This document shows positions 44,962 to 54,877 of a stretch of DNA of 64,000 nucleotides, piece by piece (positions within the stretch are counted from its first letter, which is position 1; each line of letters opens with the position of its first letter). Position numbers and translations under genes: made by a program. The notes under the pieces were generated by a model. That model had not been told where the DNA came from, made no database searches, and worked only from the letters and a program-made list of their open reading frames with translations. The stretch comes from Acidimicrobiia bacterium. GTDB lineage: Bacteria > Actinomycetota > Acidimicrobiia > Acidimicrobiales > JANYDT01. The stretch spans positions 16 to 64,015 of the forward strand of contig JANLRD010000086.1 of NCBI GenBank assembly GCA_031368215.1. Direction: 5' to 3'.

Positions 44962-45912
44962 TCAATACCCTCGAGCGCGGTCGACCAGACCGGTGATCTG
45001 ATCGGTTCGTCCGGCCCGAAATGAGCGGACGTTCGCGGCGATGACGGTCGCGGCTGTGGCCGGGTCGGTCTGGGCAGCGACGTGGGGCGTAACGGTCACC
45101 TGGGGATGTCGCCAGAACGGATGGTCTCCGGGAAGCGGTTCTTCGGCGAAGACGTCGAGCACGGCGCGGCGGAGTTGCCCTTCGGTAAGCGCGGCCAACA
45201 GGTCCGATTCGACCACATGGCGTCCCCGACCGAGGTTGACGAGAGCGGCCCCGCGTCGGAACTTCACGAAGAGTCCCGTGTTCAACACGCCCGCTGTCTC
45301 GTCGGTCAGTGGAAGCAGATTGAGGACCACATCGGCGATCGCCACGGCGTCGGCAATGTTCGCTGTTGTCGTCCATGGCGCGTGATCTGCGGCCGTCGTG
45401 CGGATAGTACGTACACCTATCACCGTGGCTCCGGTCACGGCAATGTATTCGGCGCATCGCCGGCCGAGGAATCCGAAGCCGAGGATGGCGACGGTCTTCG
45501 TGGCCATCGACTTCGCATGCCGGGGCTCCCACGCCGCCCGCGCCTGCTTCTCGCGGTAGTCGTGGTGGAGCAGGCAGATGTCGAGCACGTGCGCCAGAGC
45601 CGTGGCCGCCATCTGGTCGGCCATCGCCGGATCGACGGTCCGCGCCAGCGGTAAGCCGGTGGGCACTGACGGATCCGTCAGCAAACGATCGACCCCGGCC
45701 CAGAGGCAGTGGACGAACCGCAACCCTCGGAACCGTCCAAGGTCGCCCGGGTCGATCCCCGGGACGAGGGCGACATCGATGGCGTCAACTGCCTGCTCGT
45801 CGGTGAGGTCGCTTGCGACAGCGACGTCCTCATCGGGCATCGCAGCCCGGAGCGCATCGACCCACATCCCTGTTGTCCGCACCGTCGGATCAAGCAGGAG
45901 GGCGACACTCAC
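44962..45912 (-). CDS. D-2-hydroxyacid dehydrogenase (glyoxylate/hydroxypyruvate reductase A-like)
   Basis: NAD-binding motif ILGFGFLGRRCA, plus NLGRGRHV and PFWRHPQVTVTPHVAA (catalytic His). Confidence 0.85.
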   Translation of the reverse strand: MSVALLLDPTVRTTGMWVDALRAAMPDEDVAVASDLTDEQAVDAIDVALVPGIDPGDLGRFRGLRFVHCLWAGVDRLLTDPSVPTGLPLARTVDPAMADQMAATALAHVLDICLLHHDYREKQARAAWEPRHAKSMATKTVAILGFGFLGRRCAEYIAVTGATVIGVRTIRTTAADHAPWTTTANIADAVAIADVVLNLLPLTDETAGVLNTGLFVKFRRGAALVNLGRGRHVVESDLLAALTEGQLRRAVLDVFAEEPLPGDHPFWRHPQVTVTPHVAAQTDPATAATVIAANVRSFRAGRTDQITGLVDRARGY

Positions 45913-46003
45913 CCGCAGATCTTGTCACCCGGCTCCGCCGATCGGTGTCTCCCGCGCTCCGTTTTCGTGGCAGCGCCTCGCAGCCGTCGGTCCGACAGGA
46001 CCG

Positions 46004-46474
46004 CTACTTCTTCTTGGCCTTCGGCGGTGTGTAGCGCTTCGATGGCGGAGCCAGCGGCTTGCCGGTGACCGTCTGAGTCGCGGTGGTGCCGGCCTTCTTC
46101 GCCTTGCGGGCCTGGTCAGCAGCAGTGCGAGGGTCGACGCCGTAGTCACCGCGCTGGATGCGGTCATCGATGAGCTTGCGCCGATCGGTCGAGATGCGGA
46201 ATGTCAGCCAGAGCATGAGGCCGAACAGCGGCGTCCCGAAGATCACGTACTTCCCCCAGGCCGGTCCGTAGACGCAGAGGATGGCCCCGATGCCGGCGAA
46301 CATACGGTTCGTCCGCCAGGTGAGCGCGATGAACGCACCGACGAGGGCGAGGCTGACGGCCAGCCACCAGAGCTTCTCGGTGCCTCTCGTGTAGGCCTGG
46401 ATCAACACCATGGCCACGGCGCAGTAGGCGGCCGCCAGGTAGAGAATCTTGCGCTCCATCGGCCGGAGACGCAT
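46004..46474 (-). CDS. Small membrane protein with Lys-rich C-terminal tail (hypothetical)
   Basis: ORF 46004-46921 trimmed to ATG 46474 (or 46459). Four predicted TM helices, then a tail RKAKKAGTTATQTVTGKPLAPPSKRYTPPKAKKK. Confidence 0.6.
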   Translation of the reverse strand: MRLRPMERKILYLAAAYCAVAMVLIQAYTRGTEKLWWLAVSLALVGAFIALTWRTNRMFAGIGAILCVYGPAWGKYVIFGTPLFGLMLWLTFRISTDRRKLIDDRIQRGDYGVDPRTAADQARKAKKAGTTATQTVTGKPLAPPSKRYTPPKAKKK

Positions 46475-46645
46475 CGTCTGCTTCGTCTCTTCTCGGTTCA
46501 GGTACACCCGGGGCGGCCGAGCCCGGCGGGTTTTCTCGGATTTCGGCGTTCGGCTGAGGAGTCCCACGACCTTCACGCTACCTGTGGTCGGCGTTGGGTC
46601 CGCCGCAGGTATCCCGAGGCGGACCCATAGGTCAGGATGGGGAGC

Positions 46646-47887
46646 ATGCGCTGTGAAGTTGTCGCCGTCGGCACGGAGTTGCTGCTCGGCCAGATCGTCG
46701 ACACGAATTCGTCCTGGATCGGCGAGCAGTTGGCGGCGGCCGGGATCGATACCCACTTCCAGACGAAGGTCGGTGACAACCACCAGCGGATCGTCGACGC
46801 GCTGCGGATGGCCCTGTCGCGCAGCGATGCCGTGATCTGCTGTGGTGGTCTCGGTCCCACCCAAGACGACATCACCCGTGAAGCCATCGCCACAGTCATG
46901 AACGTCGCGCTCGAACGACACGACGACATCGTCGAGCGGATCCGGGCGATGTTCAGTGCCCGCGGCCGGGAGATGTCGGAGAACAACGCCCGTCAGGGAG
47001 ACGTGCCGAAGGGGGCGTCGATCATTGCGCAGACGCGTGGCACGGCGCCGGGGCTGATATGCCCCGTCGGCAAGAAGGTCATCTACGCAGTGCCGGGCGT
47101 GCCGTACGAGATGAAGGACATGCTCGAGCGCGCGATCCTTCCTGACCTTGTGGCCCGGACCGGCAGCGTCGCCACGATCCGCAGCCGGGTCCTGCGGACA
47201 TGGGGCATCGCCGAGTCGACGCTGGCCGAGCGAATCGCGTCGCGCCTCGACGCGCTCGACCTTCCGGGCGCACCTCCTCTCACGATCGCGTTTCTGGCCA
47301 GTGGGATCGAGGGCATCAAAGTGCGGCTGACCGCCAAGGCGCCGACCGAGGCCGATGCCCTTGCGTTCCTCGACGCCGAGGAGCGCGAGGTCAGGGCCAT
47401 CCTCGGTTCACTCGTGTTCGCCGTCGACGACGCCACCATGGAGGCGACCGTTGGTTCGATCCTGGTCGAGCGCGGCTGGACCATTGGTCTCGCCGAATCC
47501 GTCACGGGCGGACTCGTGGCTTCGCGGTGCGTCGCGGTGCCGGGAGCGTCCACGTGGTTCCGCGGCGCGGTGGTCAGCTACGCCACCGAGGTCAAGCAGA
47601 CCGTGCTCGGCGTGCCGGAAGGACCGGTGGTCTCCGCTGCGGCCGCGCTGGCCATGGCTCGCGGGGCGAGGTCGGTGCTCGGTGCCGACGTGGGCGTTGC
47701 CATCACCGGCGTCGCCGGTCCCACCGAGCAGGACGGACAACCGGTCGGGACGGTATTCGTCGGCCTCGTCACGCCCGATGGGGAGCACACCGAACAGCTG
47801 TTGCTCCCCGGCGATCGCGAACGGGTGCGCAACTTCTCCGCCATCTCCTCTATGGATGTCGTCCGACGTACCCTGGCCAGTTCATAA
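46646..47887 (+). CDS. cinA: Competence/damage-inducible protein CinA (MoCF-binding plus PncC NMN deamidase domains)
   Basis: MRCEVVAVGTELLLGQIVDTNS is the CinA N-terminus. The C-terminal part ESVTGGLVA...GTVFVG is the PncC domain. Confidence 0.92.
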   Translation: MRCEVVAVGTELLLGQIVDTNSSWIGEQLAAAGIDTHFQTKVGDNHQRIVDALRMALSRSDAVICCGGLGPTQDDITREAIATVMNVALERHDDIVERIRAMFSARGREMSENNARQGDVPKGASIIAQTRGTAPGLICPVGKKVIYAVPGVPYEMKDMLERAILPDLVARTGSVATIRSRVLRTWGIAESTLAERIASRLDALDLPGAPPLTIAFLASGIEGIKVRLTAKAPTEADALAFLDAEEREVRAILGSLVFAVDDATMEATVGSILVERGWTIGLAESVTGGLVASRCVAVPGASTWFRGAVVSYATEVKQTVLGVPEGPVVSAAAALAMARGARSVLGADVGVAITGVAGPTEQDGQPVGTVFVGLVTPDGEHTEQLLLPGDRERVRNFSAISSMDVVRRTLASS

Positions 47888-47962
47888 GCGCGCGAAACTA
47901 CAGGGCACGCGTGGCCGAACGGCAATTTCTCCGGTGTGCCGCGGTCGAAGTCGACTCGCGGA

Positions 47963-49231
47963 TCAGGGAGTCGCGGTCCAGGTTGATACACCTTGTGCGC
48001 CGGGACAACGGGCGCCGACTCGCGCGCTGATCGCACGGCCGCGGGCGCTGGATGGATCGACCGCACGCGCCCACCCGATGCCGTCGAGGCGATGCGGGGC
48101 GAAGAAAATGCCGACCAGGCGCGGACCATCGAAGCGGAGTTCCAGCACGCCCGTCTCGCCGGTGGCCCCGCTGCGAGGACCCCAGATGAAGTTGCCCAGC
48201 GAATAGGCGACCACGGCGTCGCCGGCGAGCGTTTTCACGGGCACCACGGGTTGCAGGACGTGAGGATGTGCGCCGAGTACGGCGGTCGCACCGGCATCGA
48301 CGAGGAGGCGGCCGAGCTTCTGTTGCACCCCCGACGGACATTCGTCGCCCTCGATGCCCCAGTGCAGCACCACGATGACCACATCGTTCGCCGCTTTCGC
48401 GCCCCGGACCGCGGCAAGGAGATGCTGGGTCTCGCGGTTGACGGCGTGCTTCCCTGCCGAGGCGATACCTGGGCGCGTCGCCGTGGCCGGCCATGCGCCG
48501 CTCGGGATGATCTGGCTGGCGGCGAGAACGGCGACCGCGGTGCCGCCAATCTCGAACTCGGCGGGAGCGAGGGCTTCGGCGAGGTTCCGTCCGGCGCCGA
48601 CGTGCGCGACGAGCGCACGGTCGAGGTTCTCGATGGTGTCGTCGAGCGCGTCGAATCCGAAGTCGAGCGAATGGTTGTTGGCGAGCGAGACCACATCGAT
48701 GCCGGCGCGGGCGATCGCATCGGGGAACGATGGGACGGAGCGGAACGTGAATTCCTTGATCTGGGCCCGGCCACGTGTGGAGACCGCGGTCTCGAGGTTC
48801 ACGATCGCGAGATCGGCGTCGGCCAGCGGCGGCCGGATTCCGGCAAACGGATCGGTCCCGGTGTTGAGGGGGCGGGTGAGGAGGGTGTCCCCGCCGAACA
48901 CGACCGTCCAGCTGCCGCTCGAACGCGGAGCGGTCCCTCCCGGGGTCGGCGGGCCTGCGGTCGGACTGTTCGTCGGCGTCGCCGGGTACGCCGGGCCGGC
49001 TACCCCGGTGGGCGGGCCGGTGGGCGGGGCCCCCGTGGTCGTGGGCGCCCGTTGATCGGTGCTCAGGATCGGTCCGGCCGGGTTCGTCGGGGCGTCGCCG
49101 GCTCGGCCGCTCTTCGACCAACCGGTCGCGAGGAGAACGACGATGGCGCCGCTGAACAGGGCCTTTGCCGTGTGGCCTGTCCGCCGGACGGGAAGCGAGG
49201 CAGGGGATGCGGGTCCGTCGATGCCGCGCAT
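47963..49231 (-). CDS. CapA-family (PGA_cap) metallophosphatase-like membrane-anchored protein
   Basis: TM anchor, a Pro/Thr-rich linker, then FGGDTLL, NLETAV, SLANNHSLDFG, HWGIEG and GAHPHVLQP motifs of the CapA family. Confidence 0.85.
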   Translation of the reverse strand: MRGIDGPASPASLPVRRTGHTAKALFSGAIVVLLATGWSKSGRAGDAPTNPAGPILSTDQRAPTTTGAPPTGPPTGVAGPAYPATPTNSPTAGPPTPGGTAPRSSGSWTVVFGGDTLLTRPLNTGTDPFAGIRPPLADADLAIVNLETAVSTRGRAQIKEFTFRSVPSFPDAIARAGIDVVSLANNHSLDFGFDALDDTIENLDRALVAHVGAGRNLAEALAPAEFEIGGTAVAVLAASQIIPSGAWPATATRPGIASAGKHAVNRETQHLLAAVRGAKAANDVVIVVLHWGIEGDECPSGVQQKLGRLLVDAGATAVLGAHPHVLQPVVPVKTLAGDAVVAYSLGNFIWGPRSGATGETGVLELRFDGPRLVGIFFAPHRLDGIGWARAVDPSSARGRAISARVGARCPGAQGVSTWTATP

Positions 49232-49251
49232 CCGAGCATGCTTGCATGTTG

Positions 49252-49287
49252 TCGAACGTTTGTTTACGATCTCGAACGTTCGTTTGG
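49252..49287. promoter_or_regulatory. Two tandem LexA (SOS/Cheo-type) box candidates upstream of recA
   Basis: TCGAACGTTTGTTTAC (49252-49267) and TCGAACGTTCGTTTGG (49272-49287). Both carry the GAAC-N4-GTTY core. They lie 20 bp apart in the capA-recA divergent spacer, about 210-245 nt upstream of the recA ATG. Confidence 0.5.
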
Positions 49288-49495
49288 GGCACCCGAACCC
49301 GCTCTCGATCGAACACTCTTCGACCGGCCGTCTGTGGTTCGTCGAGGTGACCGTCCGCCGTCGACCCCGAGGAAATCACATGCCTGTCATTTTTGTCTCA
49401 CCCCTCTCGTACAGTGAGCCCCAATGAAAACGTTCCCCGCACGAGACACGAAAGACGCCGGCAAAGACTCCGGCAAGAGGACACAAGGAGCAGAG

Positions 49496-50539
49496 ATGGA
49501 GCGAGCCAAAGCACTGGAGATGGCCCTCGGCCAGATCGACAAGCAGTTCGGCAAGGGGTCGATCATGCGACTCGGCGAAAACACCCACATGAGGATCGAA
49601 GCGGTGTCCACCGGCTCGCTTGCCGTCGATCTCGCCCTCGGCATCGGCGGCTTGCCGCGGGGCCGGATCTGTGAGATCTACGGTCCGGAGTCGTCCGGCA
49701 AGTCCACGCTGGCGATGCATGTCGTGGCCGAGGCCCAACGCAACGGCGGCACGTGTGCCTACATCGACGCCGAGCACGCCATGGACCCGGTCTATGCGAG
49801 CGCCATCGGCGTCGACATCGACAACCTGCTCATCTCCCAGCCCGACACCGGCGAGCAGGCCCTCGAGATCTGCGACATGCTCGTGCGGTCCGGTGCGCTC
49901 GATGTCGTCGTGATCGACTCCGTCGCCGCGCTCACCCCGAAGGCGGAGATCGAGGGGGAGATGGGCGACACGTTCGTCGGCCTCCAGGCCCGCCTCATGA
50001 GCCAGGCGCTCCGCAAGCTCACCGCCTCGATCAGCCGCACCAACACCGTGGTGATCTTCATCAACCAGTTGCGGGAGAAGATCGGCGTGATGTTCGGCTC
50101 GCCGGAAACCACGCCGGGTGGACGCGCCTTGAAGTTCTACTCGTCGGTCCGCATCGACATCCGCCGTATCGAGTCGATCAAGGACGGCGCCGACGTCACC
50201 GGTAACCGCACCCGGGTGAAGATCGTGAAGAACAAAGTCGCCCCGCCGTTCAAACAGGCCGAGTTCGACATCATGTACGGCAAGGGGATCAGCCGCGAAG
50301 GCTCGGTGCTCGATGTCGGCGTCGAGTGCGCCGTCATCAAAAAGTCGGGTGCCTGGTTCACCTACGAGGGTGAGCAGCTCGGCCAGGGTCGGGAGAACGC
50401 CAAGAACTTCCTGTCCGAGAATGCCGAACTGATGATGGAGATCACCGAGAAGATCCGCCAGAAGGTCGGCATCGTCGAAGTCGTCGGCGACGCGTTGGAT
50501 GACCTCGATGACGACGACGAGCCGATCTCGCTCGACTGA
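49496..50539 (+). CDS. recA: Recombinase RecA
   Basis: RBS AAGGAG then ATG 49496 (the longest ORF starts at 49424). [20 protein letters not shown], Walker [10 protein letters not shown] and VVIDSVAAL. No intein. Confidence 0.97.
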   Translation: MERAKALEMALGQIDKQFGKGSIMRLGENTHMRIEAVSTGSLAVDLALGIGGLPRGRICEIYGPESSGKSTLAMHVVAEAQRNGGTCAYIDAEHAMDPVYASAIGVDIDNLLISQPDTGEQALEICDMLVRSGALDVVVIDSVAALTPKAEIEGEMGDTFVGLQARLMSQALRKLTASISRTNTVVIFINQLREKIGVMFGSPETTPGGRALKFYSSVRIDIRRIESIKDGADVTGNRTRVKIVKNKVAPPFKQAEFDIMYGKGISREGSVLDVGVECAVIKKSGAWFTYEGEQLGQGRENAKNFLSENAELMMEITEKIRQKVGIVEVVGDALDDLDDDDEPISLD

Positions 50540-50547
50540 GCCTCGGT

Positions 50548-50583
50548 GACCCACGCAAACCGCCTTGGTGGTCCGCGTGGGTC
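50548..50583 (+). terminator. Stem-loop 9 nt downstream of recA
   Basis: GACCCACGC (50548-50556) pairs perfectly with GCGTGGGTC (50575-50583) around an 18-nt loop. No U-tract. Confidence 0.4.
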
Positions 50584-50736
50584 GAACGACTCGTTTGCCG
50601 GCTGACGTCTCAAGCTGGGCCGCCGACTCGACGATTGCTGTTGTGTGTGGTGGCGGACTCGGCCGCATCGCCCGGGAAACCAGGTGATGCGGCCAGTCTC
50701 CGTTTTCGGCCCGGGGTCGCTTCAGCGACGGTCGGC

Positions 50737-51594
50737 TCAGTCACCAGGGATGAGCAGTGCGTCGCTTATCCGGTTCAGCTCCGCTTCGGTCGCTCCACCG
50801 TCGAGGGCGTAGGCGCGGGCACCACCGCCGGCGTCCCAGTGGGCGAGCACGGCAGTCAATGGTTGGCGGCTGACGCCGAGGATGGGAAGTGCATCGGTCA
50901 CCGACAGGCCTCGGGACGCGAAGCCGTCGCGCAGGTCGTCGACCCGATGCGCGGTCCGGTAGAGGTTGGTGAGCAGGAAGTCGTCCATGATGTCGTCGTC
51001 GCTCACGCCGAGGATGCGGTGGAGCAAGGCCGTCGACACCCCTGTACGGTCCTTTCCTCCGGTGCAGTGGTGCAGCGCTGGGAGTGCATCGGGTTGGGCG
51101 ATCGAACGGAGGTAGCCGACCAGCATTCGCTGCGACATCTGGACCATGTCGAGGTAGTTGCCCTCCCAGAAGTCCGGTTCCGGGAGCGGACGGGTGCCGG
51201 CCAGGACGTCGCGGATCACGTCGATCACGCTCTCGTCGAGCGACGAGAAGTCGGCCGTACCGAGCAACACGATCTCGGCACCGTCGGGTCCGACTGGCAG
51301 ACGGCTCGGCTGGCGCTCACGTTCTCCGGCCAGACGGAAGTCGTGGACGCGGCGGAGCCGCAATGCCGCGACGGTGGCCACGTCGTCGTCGGTGAGCGCG
51401 GCGAGGTGGTCGCTGCGGAAGATGACGCCCCGGCGCATGACCCGGCCGTCGCCAACCGCGTAGCCGCCGGCGTCGCGGAAGTTGTAGTTGCCGGTCAGCG
51501 GGACTCGTCGTTCGAACGACGGCGCTCGGCCGGGGAGGTCGTCCCGGGAGATGCCGCGAGCTATCGCATACGCGAGGCGTTCTTCGAAGTCCAT
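50737..51594 (-). CDS. Tyrosine-protein phosphatase family protein (Y_phosphatase3 type), paralogue 2
   Basis: 285 aa. NFRDAGG and the catalytic loop HCTGGKDRTG. Same family as 24999-25799. Confidence 0.88.
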   Translation of the reverse strand: MDFEERLAYAIARGISRDDLPGRAPSFERRVPLTGNYNFRDAGGYAVGDGRVMRRGVIFRSDHLAALTDDDVATVAALRLRRVHDFRLAGERERQPSRLPVGPDGAEIVLLGTADFSSLDESVIDVIRDVLAGTRPLPEPDFWEGNYLDMVQMSQRMLVGYLRSIAQPDALPALHHCTGGKDRTGVSTALLHRILGVSDDDIMDDFLLTNLYRTAHRVDDLRDGFASRGLSVTDALPILGVSRQPLTAVLAHWDAGGGARAYALDGGATEAELNRISDALLIPGD

Positions 51595-51651
51595 TCGGGG
51601 TCGAGCTTGCCACGAAGCGCTCCCGCTCGACGTTGTGGCCCGTAACGCGCC

Positions 51652-51688
51652 TCGGGGCGGATCGCCCGAGGTGGACGATCCGCCCCGA
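51652..51688 (-). terminator. Strong stem-loop downstream of the 51754-52212 gene
   Basis: TCGGGGCGGATCG (51652-51664) pairs perfectly with CGATCCGCCCCGA (51676-51688), a 13-bp GC-rich stem with an 11-nt loop. It sits between two co-directional minus-strand genes. Confidence 0.5.
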
Positions 51689-51753
51689 AGGCGGGGAAGT
51701 TGGGTTGTTCCGGTCGGCGTGTTGGGACGGGGCCGGACGCCGAGAGGTGTGAC

Positions 51754-52212
51754 TCAGGAGGCGGAAACGGGCTTCACCGTTGTCGGCACCGCCGTCGTAA
51801 CGGACGCCTTGGCCGCATCGATCGCCGCCTTGTTGGCGGCCCGGGTGGCTTCGCGTGCTGCCTTGTTCTGGTCCCGGGTCTGCTCCCAGGCGCTCTTGTT
51901 CGCCGTCTTGGTGGTCTCACGGGAGGTCTTGCACGCAGCCTTGGCGGCCTCGCGGGCGTCCTTGGTGGTCGCTGCGGCGGCACCGGTCATGCAGCTCTGG
52001 AAGGTGGCATCGCGGCGTGCCGAGTTCGCCGAATAGGTCGCATCGCGGCGGGCCTTGTTGGCGTCGTAGGTTGCCTGGATGCGGGCACGGTTCTCGACGC
52101 GTACGGCGTTCACCACGTCGGACTTCGGGGTGGAGAAGGCGGGGGCCGAGATTCCGACAACGGCGGCAGCGGCGATGCTGATCGAGGCGATGAGGCGGGT
52201 TGAACGGTTCAT
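51754..52212 (-). CDS. Secreted Ala/Lys/Arg-rich helical repeat protein (hypothetical)
   Basis: ORF trimmed to ATG 52212 (RBS AAGGA). Signal peptide MNRSTRLIASISIAAAAVVGISAPAFS and internal repeats ANKARRDATY/ANSARRDATF. Confidence 0.65.
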   Translation of the reverse strand: MNRSTRLIASISIAAAAVVGISAPAFSTPKSDVVNAVRVENRARIQATYDANKARRDATYSANSARRDATFQSCMTGAAAATTKDAREAAKAACKTSRETTKTANKSAWEQTRDQNKAAREATRAANKAAIDAAKASVTTAVPTTVKPVSAS

Positions 52213-52391
52213 GATGGTTCCTTTGGGAAGAGAGTGGGTTCTGGATTCCTGCGAGCGGTGGTGTCGTTCGGCCGGTGCGGTGGTGAGTTTTTCGAGCCGA
52301 AGAGAGCATCGGCCGACCACATGAGGGAGTTGTTGGCATTCAGTTGCAATCCCACCAGCGGGTGTGAACATCGTTCGGCAACTCGCGTTCC

Positions 52392-53927
52392 GTGCGCCGC
52401 GGGTCCGGCCGTGGCAGGGCTGCCCGTAGACTCCTCGCCGTGTCGTCGCCGGAAACAGGATCGAAGCGCTACGTGATCCATACGTACGGCTGTCAGATGA
52501 ACGAACATGACTCCGAGCGCATCTCCGGGCTCCTCGAAGCCGACGGCTACGTGCGGGTCGACTCCGAGGACAATGCCGACGTGGTCGTCTACAACACCTG
52601 CACGATTCGGGAGAACGCCGACAACAAACTGTTCGGCAATCTCGGTCGGGTGAAGGAGCTCAAGGACGCCCGACCGGAGCTCAAGATCATGGTGGGCGGC
52701 TGCCAGGCGCAGAAGGACCGTGGGCTGATCCAGCAACGGGCGGGGCATGTCGACGTGGTGTTCGGCACCCACAACGTGCACCGAGCTGCGGAACTGCTAC
52801 GGGAGTCCTATGCACGCGGACCTCTGATGGAGATCTTGGAGGAGGCCGAGTCGTTCCCGAGCGCTCTCCCCGTCCGCCGCGAAGAGGAGTGGTCAGCATG
52901 GGTCACGATCCAGATCGGCTGTGACAACTCCTGCGCGTTCTGCATCGTTCCTTCGGTTCGCGGGGTCGAATCAAGCCGCACCTTCGACGAATTGCTTCAC
53001 GAAGTCCGTACCCTTGCGGCGGCCGGCACCGTCGAGGTGACGCTGCTCGGACAGAACGTCAATAGCTACGGACGCGACCTCACCACCTCGTGGCGGGACC
53101 GTCACGGAACGCCGGGCAGTGCCGAGGCGTGCGGACCGTCGTGGGCCACCGAGACCGCCGGTCCGCGGGCGCGAGCGCTCTTCGCAGATCTCCTGCGGGC
53201 GGTAGGCGCGGTCGAAGGGATCAGGCGTGTGCGCTACACCTCACCGCACCCGAAGGACATCCGCGTCGACACCATGCTGGCGATGGCCGAGGTGTCGACC
53301 GTCATGCCCCACCTCCATTTCCCGCTGCAGTCCGGAAGCGACGTGATCCTTCGCGAGATGCGGCGTGGCTACACGGCGGCGAAGTACTTGGAGAAGCTGT
53401 ACGAAGCCCGACGTTGGGTCGACGATCTGAGCATCACCAGCGACATCATCGTCGGGTTCCCGGGCGAGACCGAGGCCGATTTCGTGCAGACCCTCGAGGT
53501 GGCGGCCGAGGCGGAATTCGACAGTTGCTATCCGTTCCAGTTCTCGCCGCGCCCCGGCACCCGCGCGGCCGACATGGTGGACCAATTCGTGGCCGCCGAT
53601 GTCGTGTCCGAGCGATTCGCCCGCCTCAACCACGTGCTCGAACGGAGCGCCACCCGCAAGCACGGGGCACGGGTCGGTCGCGTCGAGGAGGTGCTCGTCG
53701 AAGGCCCCTCGAAGAAGGATCCCCGGGTCACCAGCGCGCGTACGAAACAGGGCAAGCTCGTCCACTTCCCCTACCGTTCCGCTGACGGCGAGCAGCGCGC
53801 CCTTCCGGCCGGCACATTCGCGACGGTTGAGATCACCAGTGCGGCTGCCCACTTCCTCCGCGGCGAACTGCGCGAAATCACCGAACGCCCCCGCCACCGC
53901 ACCCGAATCCCCGTCACCGCGCTCTAG
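52392..53927 (+). CDS. miaB: tRNA-2-methylthio-N6-dimethylallyladenosine synthase MiaB
   Basis: YVIHTYGCQMNEHDSE, the radical-SAM motif CDNSCAFCIVP and a C-terminal TRAM domain. The start is GTG 52392 or GTG 52440. Confidence 0.93.
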   Translation: MRRGSGRGRAARRLLAVSSPETGSKRYVIHTYGCQMNEHDSERISGLLEADGYVRVDSEDNADVVVYNTCTIRENADNKLFGNLGRVKELKDARPELKIMVGGCQAQKDRGLIQQRAGHVDVVFGTHNVHRAAELLRESYARGPLMEILEEAESFPSALPVRREEEWSAWVTIQIGCDNSCAFCIVPSVRGVESSRTFDELLHEVRTLAAAGTVEVTLLGQNVNSYGRDLTTSWRDRHGTPGSAEACGPSWATETAGPRARALFADLLRAVGAVEGIRRVRYTSPHPKDIRVDTMLAMAEVSTVMPHLHFPLQSGSDVILREMRRGYTAAKYLEKLYEARRWVDDLSITSDIIVGFPGETEADFVQTLEVAAEAEFDSCYPFQFSPRPGTRAADMVDQFVAADVVSERFARLNHVLERSATRKHGARVGRVEEVLVEGPSKKDPRVTSARTKQGKLVHFPYRSADGEQRALPAGTFATVEITSAAAHFLRGELREITERPRHRTRIPVTAL

Positions 53928-53952
53928 CGCCTTCGCGAAACGGACTCTTCAC

Positions 53953-54828
53953 ATGCCTCCGACAGCACCAGGGAATCAAGGCCAGGCCGAGTTCTGGTCG
54001 GCGACCGGAGGGGAGGCCTGGGTCGATCTACAGGACCACATGGACACTCAGCTGGCGGTCATCGGTGCGGCCGCGCTTGCCGCCCTCGACGCGCAGACCG
54101 GCGAGTCGATCATCGACATTGGCTGTGGTTGCGGGGCGACCACGCTCGACCTCGCCGCGGCGGTGGGAGAGACGGGAAGGGTCGTCGGCCTCGACATCAG
54201 CGCGCCGATGAGCGACCTTGCGGCGCGGCGTCTCGCCGACCGTGGTTTCGGTCAGGCGACGGTGTTGCTGGGCGACGCCCAGACCGCCACTCCGGCCGAT
54301 GTCGGCGGCCAGGTCGATGCCGTGTTCTCGCGCTTCGGGGTGATGTTCTTCGACGATCCCGTCGCTGCCTTCGTCAACATACGCGCGCTTACGAATGCCT
54401 CTGGTCGAATGGCCTTTGTCTGCTGGCAGGAGGCGCGCAAGAACCGGATCTTCGGTGATCTCGGGCGTGAGCTCGCTGCGCTGTTTCCGGGACAGCCGGC
54501 GCCCGATCCCCACGCTCCCGGACCGTTGGCCTTTGCCGATGCCGAGCGTGTGCTCTCGATTCTGCTGACGGCCGGCTGGTCGCGCATCGAGATCGCGGAA
54601 CACGTCGCACCGATGCTGCTCTTCGGAACGACCGACTTCGAGGTCGCCCTCGACGCGAGTCTCCGCGTCAGTGGGGTCGCTCGTCTGATGCTCGGTGCCG
54701 ATGAAGTTACGAGGCAGAAGATTCATGAGGTGGCTCGTCGCGTGTTGGAGTCCCAATGGACGGAGAACGGCGCCGTGGTCGACAGCGCGACATGGATAGT
54801 GACCGCGAGGAATGGAGCGGGCGTGTGA
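53953..54828 (+). CDS. Class I SAM-dependent methyltransferase
   Basis: ORF 53599-54828 trimmed to ATG 53953. SAM motif IIDIGCGCGATTLDLA and post-I motif VVGLDIS. Confidence 0.85.
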   Translation: MPPTAPGNQGQAEFWSATGGEAWVDLQDHMDTQLAVIGAAALAALDAQTGESIIDIGCGCGATTLDLAAAVGETGRVVGLDISAPMSDLAARRLADRGFGQATVLLGDAQTATPADVGGQVDAVFSRFGVMFFDDPVAAFVNIRALTNASGRMAFVCWQEARKNRIFGDLGRELAALFPGQPAPDPHAPGPLAFADAERVLSILLTAGWSRIEIAEHVAPMLLFGTTDFEVALDASLRVSGVARLMLGADEVTRQKIHEVARRVLESQWTENGAVVDSATWIVTARNGAGV

Positions 54829-54877
54829 CGGTCCGGCGAACGGTCAGCAGAGTGACCGCGAGGAATGGGCCGGGCGC

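Noticed and set aside
50661-50694. Hairpin GGCCGCATC-N16-GATGCGGCC downstream of phosphatase paralogue 2, as a relative of the GCCGCACATC/GATGTGCGGC arms beside paralogue 1.
   Set aside because: The similarity is limited to a GC-rich 8-9-mer with an indel, and there is no 21-bp phasing or repetition here. It is most simply a terminator-type stem in the recA/phosphatase convergent spacer.
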